64,000 nt of DNA from Eledone cirrhosa (taxonomy: Eukaryota). Both the position numbers and the translations under genes were made by a program. Location of the stretch: positions 32,426,001 through 32,490,000 of the forward strand of contig OZ024746.1 of the NCBI GenBank assembly GCA_964016885.1, written 5' to 3'. Below, piece by piece: positions 54,255 through 64,000 of the stretch. Numbering within the stretch: the stretch's first letter is position 1; each line of letters starts with the position of its first letter. The notes below the pieces were generated by a model, which had not been told where the DNA came from, did no database searches, and saw nothing but the letters and a program-made list of their open reading frames with translations.

Positions 54255-56965
54255 ACCACATTTACAGTGTGGGTTGGGTGCTTTTTGTCGTGACACTTAC
54301 ATGACCACTTTACAGTGTGGGCTGGGTGCTTTTTGTTGTGACACCTACACAACCACTTTACAGTGTGGGCTGGGTACTTTTTGTTGTAACACCTACACAA
54401 CCACTTTACAGTGTGGGCTGGGTACTTTTTGTTGTGACACCTACACAACCACTTTACAGTGTGGGCTGGGTGCTTTTTGTTGTGACACCTACACAACCAC
54501 TTTACAGTGTGGGCTGGGTACTTTTTGTTGTGACACCTACACAATCACTTTACAGTGTGGGTTGGGTGCTTTTTGTTGTGACACCTACACAATCACTTTA
54601 CAGTGTGGGCTGGGTACTTTTTGTTGTAACACCTACACAATCACTTTACAGTGTGGGCTGGGTACTTTTTGTTGTGACACCTACACAATCACTTTACAGT
54701 GTGGGTTGGGTGCTTTTTGTTGTAACACCTACACAATCACTTTACAGTGTGGGCTGGGTACTTTTTGTTGTGACACCTACACAATCACTTTACAGTGTGG
54801 GTTGGGTGCTTTTTGTTGTGACACCTACACAATCACTTTACAGTGTGGGCTGGGTACTTTTTGTTGTAACACCTACACAATCACTTTACAGTGTGGGCTG
54901 GGTACTTTTTGTTGTGACACCTACACAATCACTTTACAGTGTGGGCTGGGTACTTTTTGTTGTGACACCTACACAATCACTTTACAGTGTGGGTTGGGTG
55001 CTTTTTGTTGTGACACCTACACAACCACTTTACAGTGTGGGCTGGGTACTTTTTGTTGTGACATCTACACAATCACTTTACAGTGTGGGCTGGGTACTTT
55101 TTGTTGTGACACCTACACAATCACTTTACAGTGTGGGCTGGGTACTTTTTGTTGTGACACCTACACAACCTCTTTACAGTGTGGGCTGGGTACTTTTTGT
55201 TGTGACACCTACACAATCACTTTACAGTGTGGGCTGGGTACTTTTTGTTGTGACACCTACACAATCACTTTACAGTGTGGGCTGGGTACTTTTTGTTGTG
55301 ACACCTACACAATCACTTTACAGTGTGGGCTGGGTACTTTTTGTTGTGACACCTACACAATCACTTTACAGTGTGGCCTGGGTACTTTTTGTTGTGACAC
55401 CTACACAACCACTTTACAGTGTGGGTTGGGTGCTTTTTGTTGTGACACCTACACAATCACTTTACAGTGTGGGCTGGGTACTTTTTGTTGTGACACCTAC
55501 ACAATCACTTTACAGTGTGGCCTGGGTACTTTTTGTTGTGACACCTACACAACCACTTTACAGTGTGGGCTGGGTACTTTTTGTTGTGACACCTACACAA
55601 TCACTTTACAGTGTGGGCTTTGTACTTTTTGTTGTGACACCTACACAATCACTTTACAGTGCGGGTTGGGTGCTTTTTGTTGTGACACCTACACAATCAC
55701 TTTACAGTGTGGGCTGGGTACTTTTTGTTGTGACACCTACACAATCACTTTACAGTGTGGGCTGGGTACTTTTTGTTGTGACACCTACAAAACCACTTTA
55801 CAGTGCGGGTTGGGTGCTTTTTGTTGTGACACCTACACAATCACTTTACAGTGTGGGCTGGGTACTTTTTGTTGTGACACCTACACAATCACTTTACAGT
55901 GTGGGCTGGGTACTTTTTGTTGTGACACCTACACAGCCACTTTACAGTGTGGGCTGGGTACTTTTTGTTGTGACACCTACACAACCACTTTACAGTGTGG
56001 CCTGGGTACTTTTTGTTGTGACACCTACGCAATCACTTTACAGTGTGGGCTGGGTACTTTTTGTTGTGACACCTACGCAATCACTTTACAGTGTGGGCTG
56101 GGTACTTTTTGTTGTGACACCTACACAATCACTTTACAGTGTGGCCTGGGTACTTTTTGTTGTGACACCTACGCAATCACTTTACAGTGTGGGCTGGGTA
56201 CTTTTTGTTGTGACACCTACACAATCACTTTACAGTGTGGGCTGGGTACTTTTTGTTGTGACACCTACACAACCACTTTACAGTGTGGCCTGGGTACTTT
56301 TTGTTGTGACACCTACGCAATCACTTTACAGTGTGGGCTGGGTACTTTTTGTTGTGACACCTACGCAATCACTTTACAGTGTGGGCTGGGTACTTTTTGT
56401 TGTGACACCTACACAATCACTTTACAGTGTGGCCTGGGTACTTTTTGTTGTGACACCTACGCAATCACTTTACAGTGTGGCCTGGGTACTTTTTGTTGTG
56501 ACACCTACACAATCACTTTACAGTGTGGGCTGGGTACTTTTTGTTGTGACACCTACACAACCACTTTACAGTGTGGGCTGGGTACTTTTTGTTGTGACAC
56601 CTACACAACCACTTTACAGTGTGGGCTGGGTACTTTTTGTTGTGACACCTACACAATCACTTTACAGTGTGGGCTGGGTACTTTTTGTTGTGACACCTAC
56701 ACAACCACTTTACAGTGTGGGCTGGGTACTTTTTGTTGTGACACCTACACAATCACTTTACAGTGTGGGCTGGGTACTTTTTGTTGTGACACCTACACAA
56801 CCACTTTACAGTGTGGGCTGGGTACTTTTTGTTGTGACACCTACACAACCACTTTACAGTGTGGGCTGGGTACTTTTTGTTGTGACACCTACGCAATCAC
56901 TTTACAGTGTGGGCTGGGTACTTTTTGTTGTGACACCTACACAATCACTTTACAGTGTGGGCTGG
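54255..56965. repeat. 48-bp minisatellite (~56 units) amplified within an RTE 3' UTR
   Basis: Unit CACTTTACAGTGTGGGCTGGGTACTTTTTGTTGTGACACCTACACAAT. Flanks 54180-54255 and 56980-57040 match the RTE UTR (reverse complement of 10381-10670). Confidence 0.95.
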
Positions 56966-57484
56966 AGATATTTTGTTGTAAGGGTGGTGTGGACAGGAGT
57001 GTAAGGGTGGGGGTATAGTGGTTAAGAGGTGCCTACTAGATGTATGTTTGAGTCCATGCGCATAGAAAGGCGTGTCTTCTGTATTACTGCATAACACCAA
57101 AGATCTCAATATGTAAGATAACACAAAGTAAGAACCATCATGCTTATTGCCTTTACTAACACAATGCAATCAATCCAGTGTGTATATAGCTGTGCATATA
57201 TATATAAATATTGATTTTTAATTTAGACACAAGGCCAGCAAATTTTGAAGCAATACAAAGTTGATTAAATTAACCCTAGTACTTAAACGATACTTTATTT
57301 TATCAACCCCAGAAGAATGAAAGGCAAAGTTGGCCTTGGTGGGATTTGAACTCAGAATGTAAAGAGCAAGAACAAATACTGCAATGGCTTTTAATTTGAA
57401 GGTCAACCAATTTTGTCAATCCTCATACATGTATAAATATTGATAACTCAAAGCACAACCCAAATGTGCCTAGTCCCTTATTAC

Positions 57485-57672
57485 ACAATTCAAACTTTCT
57501 TGTATATACTCTTAAACTCGATTGTATCCAGAACACGTCATCACCTCTATGTTCTTGTGGAGACTATTCAGAAATTCTGTGGCACTATTTGTTCCAATGT
57601 AAAAACTACCAGTCTGAGAGAGAGCACATCTTGAAGCTAGTCTTTAAAAAATTACCAAGATTGGAAGTGTAA
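57485..57672 (+). mobile_element. LINE ORF2 C-terminal CCHC zinc-knuckle fragment
   Basis: SPLCSCGDYSEILWHYLFQC motif. Confidence 0.6.
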
Positions 57673-58582
57673 TATATATTTTAGCAGAAATATCCACTGG
57701 TTTGTGTTTGTTATGTTTGATGGTTGATGTAATCAATGCTGATGATGTGAGGTGGGTGTTGGGAAAGTGATTTTCCCAAAACATTGATACAGACCAACAA
57801 AGAACCAAACTGATATTTATCTATATTCGTTTCTAGCCATGGAATTCAACAAAACCATGTGATAAACAAAAACACAACAAGGATATGCAAATGTTCAAAA
57901 TAATGATACATTTCTCTTCATAAACTATCAGTACAATATAGAGATCACAAAAGGAGACTATTTCGATGTGGGGTATTTGTAAGCAAGATGTATTACAAAG
58001 AGATTGAGTGTATGTGTGAATGTAGAGATGTGCTGAAGAAAAGATATAGTCTAGTAGATTAACTAAACAGAGAGAGAGAGAGAGGGAGAGAGAGAGAGAG
58101 CACTAAATACGTATACATAAAAATATCTAGGTTATACGTAGGTAACTCAAAGCACAGACCAAACGCGATTAACTCCCTTACATGATAATATAAGTTTATA
58201 TATACATACACACACATATGTGTGTGTGTGTGAGAGAGATGTTACACACGACCCCCCCCCCCCCACTCTATCGCGTGCATTTTATCACAGCATCAGCATT
58301 AGGGTGGCTATCGATCTCCTTTTTTGGCATCCTTTCTATTGCAGGATACCCTTCCTATTAGTTGCTCTATTTTATTAAAGAGTTAAAATGAGAAACTCAA
58401 AAAACAATACTGAGCAAGAAAAATACTTTTATTATAAATGTGGAGAATCAAATGAAATGGATGTTAGATGAAAAGATGAAAACAACATCAAACTACTAAA
58501 GGATGGGAACTACTAAAGGATGGGAAAATTGATGAATAAAAGAACTGAATTGAAAATAATGAGAAGTGAAGAGCAAACTAAT

Positions 58583-58696
58583 TTATTCATCCAGCTTACA
58601 CTTCGGCTTTTGGCGATTCCGTGATCGACTTTTAGCTTTACACAAAGGACAAATTGGTGCATTTCTGTGAATTTGTTGGTGACATGACAAACAAGC
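58583..58696 (-). pseudogene. ZC4H2: ZC4H2 exon 5 (C4H2 zinc finger plus stop)
   Basis: [37 protein letters not shown]. Confidence 0.95.
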
Positions 58697-59888
58697 CTAA
58701 AATGTAATAAAATTAAAAAAATTAAATATTGTCTGCAATATAAGATCAGCTCTTACCACTCATGCCCAGGTTTTCCTTGGAACTCCTGGCACTTCTTCAC
58801 CCAATGACCATCATTCACACACATCATATGTCCATACCAGCACAGTCTTCTTCTCTCTTACACTATATTTGATTTCCTTTATACTCAGTTTCTCTCTCAG
58901 TTCATCCATGCTCTACCGTTCATGCACATTAACATCATCCATCCATCGGAAATCTCCTTTCATTTCTCTATAGCCTTCACATACCCGCTGCATTTGCTGT
59001 CCATGTATCCCTTCCATGCAACATTGCACTTCACACATATCTTTGTTATCACTTTCTGCCTCTCTTTAATATTATTGATTAAAATAATACAGTTCAATTT
59101 TTTCTGTAATACTTGATAATAATCTGTTAGCAACAATCTATAAATATTTCCAATAATCCAGTAATCTATAATAAATATTCTGATATTCCATCTTCATAAC
59201 ATGTTTCCCCTTTAAAATCAGATTTATAAACATTTTTCTAGAGGTCTGGCACTTCTTTTTTTTTTTTGTCTCTTAATATTATATACACTGTATTTGCTGA
59301 ACTGCAACATTTCTTTTATATGTGTATATATATATACACACACATATATATACACAGACACACATAATAGGCTGTTACACCGTTTCTGCCAATTAATTTT
59401 GTCTCACAAGTTATTGGTCAACCCAAAGCCATAACAAACAACATTTGCCCAACCCACTGCACAGTTAGCTGCGTGACCTAGTGGTAAGGGTGTTGGATTT
59501 ACAATCAAAATGTTGTGGAGCTGATTCCTGGGATGGGTTGTGTTTTGTGTTCTTGAGCAAAAAACTTAATTTCACATTCCTCCAGTATGCTCAGCTGAAA
59601 ATGAGTAGCAGCAATAGCTGGGGATTTAACCCTGCAATGGACTGGTGTCTTGTCCAGAGGGGAGTCTTGTACTCTCAGTTGCTTTATGCCACAAAACTAG
59701 GATAAGCTCCGGCCTGACGAGCTCCTCGCTTGAGACAGACTTTAAATTTAGACTACTGCACAGTTAGATGAAACACAGACCACAAACTTCATAGCCATAA
59801 AGTCTTGCCTACAACCATTGATTGATTAAATTAAATTCTAGAGCTGGTTGTTTAGACAGAAATTTGTAGAAAACAATCAAAGTTTTAA

Positions 59889-60045
59889 CTTCATTGGTGG
59901 TGGTTGTTGATGGAAGGTCTGTCGTTCATTTTTATTTCAATGAACTTGGATTTGTTGAGTACCTGGTGCAGCTACAGCTAATGATTGAGGTAAGGATGAT
60001 TCAACACTTTCAGACTGCCACTCAACATTCTGTTTCTCAAAATAT
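59889..60045 (-). pseudogene. ZC4H2: ZC4H2 exon 4 (157 nt)
   Basis: YFEKQNVEWQSESVESSLPQSLAVAAPGTQQIQVH*NKNERQTFHQQPPPMK; TGA at 59937-59939; donor damaged. Confidence 0.92.
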
Positions 60046-60414
60046 CTGCAAGAAGAAAACCATTTTCACTATTTAACACATGTATTTAATAATAGTCAAT
60101 ATATATATATTTATTTATTAGAGGATTATTCTATAATCATCATCATCCTTTTATGTCTGCTTTTCTCTGCTGGGTTGGATATGTATGTTACCTGTTGTGC
60201 TTTCCTTAAGTTTTGGCAAGGTTGTTTTCTACCTAGATGTCCTTCCTAACACCAACTATTTTATAGCATGGGCTGAGAGCATGGTTTTTTTCTGCTTGGA
60301 TGCTCTTCTTATCACCAACCACTTTGAAGTGTGGACTGGGTACATTTTTATTATGACACCAACACCAGAAAGGTTGTTTGACAGGATTTAAGTATCCTCT
60401 TAACTCAGTATCAG

Positions 60415-60700
60415 TTTTTATTCAGAATGACTGCCCTCTTACACAAGCTGCTTTCACTACATTTTATGGAAGTCATGTCTGTTCCATGCAGTCTTATTTT
60501 TTCAGAATAACTACCCTCCTAGATGGTCTCTCTTCACCAAGGCTTATGGAGTAACCCTCTACCCCATGCAGTATTATTTATTCAGAGTAACTACCCTCTT
60601 AGATGGACTGTCTTTACCATGGCTTATGGAGTAATTGTCTAGCCCCATGCATTTTTTTTTTATTCAAAGTAACCACCCTCCTTGTTTTCACAATGGCTTA
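60415..60700. repeat. Degenerate ~80-bp tandem repeat in a ZC4H2 intron
   Basis: TTCAGA(G/A)TAACTACCCTC-like motif recurs about four times. Confidence 0.65.
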
Positions 60701-61435
60701 CAGTGCCCATGTAGACAATACATATTTCTCCAATAATGCTGTTACTCATCTAAATATATGTTTGTACAAGTCTTTTATCACTTTTTAAAATATTTATTTT
60801 CCATTCTTTTAATGTGTTCATAAATTTAGATATCAATACTTTGTATTGACAATATTGTTCAATCAGATTTAGCAAATAATCAATCAATAATTACTTGAAG
60901 AATAGTAAAATCTATTAGTTTACCAGATCTATGAAAGCCAGGTATGGTGGCTTACACTCAGCTAAGAACTCCTCTTGTAGTTGTCTCACTAAAAAGTGGT
61001 GCTCTCTCTTGGCACAAACTACTCAGCTAAGAACTTTTCTTGTAGTTGTCTCACTAAGAAGAGAGCATCTGTGGTGCTCCTTCCTGGCATAAAGGCACTC
61101 AACTAAAAACTTCTCTTGTAGTTGTCTCATTAAGAAGGCATCTGTGGTGCTCAAAACCAAACTGCATCTCTTATAATTTGGTTCTTTTCCTAATTAGATG
61201 CATCACAACCTGATATGTCAGTTTAATGCTTTTATAGTTATTTCTTTCTAGAACATATAATTTTCTTTTGTAACAGTTGTTAATGATAGAGTGTGTTTCT
61301 TTGTTCAGAACCAATCACTTCTTTAGAGGATGAAAATAACAAAAATCTTGCATACATATAAGAAAGTAAAATTAAGTTATTAATTTTATAATATTAATTT
61401 TAAACTATAACAATTGTTAAAAAGGCAAAGCTTAC

Positions 61436-61581
61436 TCAGGTGTGAGTTTTTCTTCCTCATCCTGCAGCTCTCGTGACTTTTCTAGCCCAACTGACATTCA
61501 TCTTTAAGAGGTGTGTATTCTTCATATAGTCTCTTTGTAGAATCCAGGGCCCTATTTCGCTCATCTTCAGCTTGTTTCCAC
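61436..61581 (-). pseudogene. ZC4H2: ZC4H2 exon 3 (146 nt, two deletions)
   Basis: KQAEDERNRALDSTKRLYEEYTPLKDE / SVGLEKSRELQDEEEKLTP in different frames; tttcag acceptor and gtaag donor. Confidence 0.9.
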
Positions 61582-62285
61582 CTGAAAGTAAAACCCAAAG
61601 GAGGGAAAACATTGATAGAATAAAATGTAATATTTTGAAGATTTCTGAAATAATTGAGTAATGTTTTTTTTTTTTTTTTTACCTCAGTTTTTTTGTTTCA
61701 ATTTCAGTGTGGTGAATAAAAGAATATTAGATAGTGGGAAAAATGTTTTGTGGCATTTAATATACATAATGAAGACCATGAAGAAGGGCAAACATAGATA
61801 CCTCTATGAAATTCTGTGTTTTGATATTAGCACTCGCCACTTTTTTTGTAAAAAGAAAAGTCTTAAATTGTGAAAATAAAAACCTGTCTTAAGATGTTAT
61901 ACCTTTCAGATTGTGTAATATTCAAAATATATTGTATGAAAAAGATAATTTTAAAATTCTAAATTGTTTTGTGTTCTTGGAACAACGAAAAAATTACATT
62001 TCACAGATAGAGCTGCTACTTCTCCGAATTGAAAGATCACAATGTCTCAGGAAAGAATCGCTGTACAGATTTTATGGCAAAACCAACTGGCAGGAGAGCC
62101 AGGCATTGGCCAAGTGTAAGATCGTTGGATAACATTCATAAGCATTGCCTGTCTTGCTTGGGGATCTAGCCAGATCAATTGGAGATAGTTGTTTCTCACA
62201 GGATCTGTTGGAAGGGGTGTTTGAGAACTTTGCCCCCATAACCGTACCAGGAATAAATGAGCAAAGAAGAAGACTATTAAAAACC

Positions 62286-62457
62286 CAAGTTAATATCTGC
62301 ATGAATAAGACGTAATTCTTCAACATGTGCCATCTTTTCCCGAAATAATAATTCCATCTCTTGCTTATATTTTTCAAGACATCATTCTTCACACTCTGCA
62401 ATATCAAACTCCTGCTTCAGACGGCTTTTGATTTTCTCAAGATGAATACTTCTGCTT
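62286..62457 (-). pseudogene. ZC4H2: ZC4H2 exon 2 (172 nt)
   Basis: [56 protein letters not shown]; TGA at 62382-62384; the expected donor reads GG. Confidence 0.93.
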
Positions 62458-63878
62458 CTGAAAGTAAATACCAAATATATGTTTAAAACATTTTGCATAA
62501 TGTGAAAAAATGAACTCAGTATTTAAAGTGATTCTACATGTTGTAAAATGGTTGGTGATAGGAAGGGCATCAAAGTTTGCCAAACAAAGGGTAAGAACTC
62601 TTATGATGTGATGTGTGGCTGATTGTCGCACTTGGTGGCGAATTGATGGTTGTTTTTGTTTTTCCCTTTTATGTGTTTATATATGTGTTTATTAACATTA
62701 TATTTGTAATGTTCTTCTGAACGAATTGCAAGCAATTTATAATGCTATTTACGCATTTGTAATGTTATTTATGTATATATTCAAAACATATTCGTAATGT
62801 TATAAATACTTAATTATATAAATATTTCACATAACAATATAAAATCAAAACAAAAGAAAACACTATGTAACGTGTGTCAATTGGTCATACACAAGGGGTA
62901 CCAGAGCCTCCTTCTAATCATTTTTGAGGCAAGCTAACACATTGGCAGCATTACTGAGGGTGATAGAGAGGCTAAGGTACAGAAACAACCAAGCACTTAC
63001 TTGGCTAATATGCCATACTGGTAAGAAGATGCATAATAGTTTTAATGAAGTCTAGTACGTTTACTGATACTTATTTTATCAACCTTAAATTTGAACCAAA
63101 CAGAATTTGAACTCAGAACTAATGAACAAAAGACAAGTTTAGAGCTCTACGGTTAAATGTTTTAGACTGATTCAAAGGTATTTTTACTATTGTTATTGTT
63201 TAGCTCAGGGTCAGTCCTGATGAAGCAGACCTATGGTCAAAGACGTATCCAGTCTTTCTGTATATTTGACTACAGTATCTTGAGTTACCTCCCTTTGAAC
63301 TTTGATATTATTTATTGATTATAATGTATATTTGAATGACATATTCAGTGCCTAATTGCATTGCAATGACTCACAAATAAGCAAAGCCACGCTCAGTGGT
63401 TATTATCAGGCTTCTCAACATTCACGCATTATGCGAAAATTTCCAGATTTTGCTTTCTCATCACGCAATTTTAGTTCTCCCACATTTACGATATTCTATG
63501 TTTCGCTCAACAATTTTTGATGCGGACGATATTCTAGTTTATTCTGAAGGTTGTAAAAAAGACTTACTGATGTTGGTTTAAAAGAGACCCCACCCCCAAC
63601 ACACACACTTTTACCTATTGTATTATCCACCCAAAGACCGAAGTCAACTAGATAATTTCCGACGCTTTTATAAAGGAATATCATCATTTATTATGCTAAA
63701 ATCCAACATAAATTCACAATGAATTTCTAGATTATCAACTACTGCCAGATAACAATGTTTAGGATGAAGCTTTAGTTTCTGAATGTACAGATGATGCAAA
63801 TACGAATAATTGTGATTCAAAGTATTATATAATTGATGTTTTATGGGATTATTTATGTGTGTGTGTGTATATATATAT

Positions 63879-63978
63879 AACGAAGGAAGTGTGGTAAGGA
63901 ACCAGATGGACCATAACGCATCAGAGTACTCAATACTTAGGGTAGTAGAGTGGGTAATAGGAAAATATTTAACCCCGA
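63879..63978 (-). mobile_element. Family B tail-only copy
   Basis: Reverse complement of 5380-5481; ends in (TA)n. Confidence 0.85.
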
Positions 63979-64000
63979 TTATTGAATGGTTAGCTTTTTG

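Larger units (their letters stand above)
58583..62457 (-). pseudogene. ZC4H2: Unprocessed ZC4H2 pseudogene (exons 2-5)
   Basis: Four exons translate to ZC4H2-like peptides with AG acceptors and consistent phases. Premature stops, deletions and damaged donors are present. Exon 1 is not seen in the window. Confidence 0.93.

Noticed and set aside
54274-57018. 914-aa and 895-aa ORFs as real proteins
   Set aside because: They arise from a 48-bp tandem unit derived from a LINE UTR, and variants show no codon-position bias that I can see.
62993-63050. ZC4H2 exon 1 (strong minus-strand GTAAGT donor)
   Set aside because: Upstream translation shows no similarity to the ZC4H2 N-terminus.
63217-63250. 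CTGATGAAGC hammerhead candidate
   Set aside because: No downstream GAAA or NUH site in register.

Overview
This is animal genomic DNA. The SINE families, RTE tails and extreme (TA)n/(CA)n/(ATC)n microsatellite load suggest a cephalopod such as Octopus (inference). The window is almost all repeats: a young 5'-truncated Tx1/L1 LINE with a 16-bp TSD (48861-52360), a DD37D Tc1/mariner (6215-7486), old Tx1, CR1, RTE, R4/Dong and mariner remnants, many tRNA-type SINEs, a ~8 kb 56-bp satellite with higher-order structure, and a 48-bp array amplified inside an RTE 3' UTR. The only host-gene sequence I recognise is an intron-containing ZC4H2 pseudogene (four exons, minus strand, 58583-62457) that the ORF track misses. 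The most striking hidden signal is a set of short non-coding elements, mostly inside (TA)n tracts, that carry type-I hammerhead ribozymes. Six cores fold completely, two with the compensatory U3-A8 variant, and there are several halves and decayed copies. These elements show Penelope-style inverted arms and a shared TTGAGTRCTC tail motif, and one copy starts at the predicted self-cleavage site. All folds and family calls were made by eye.
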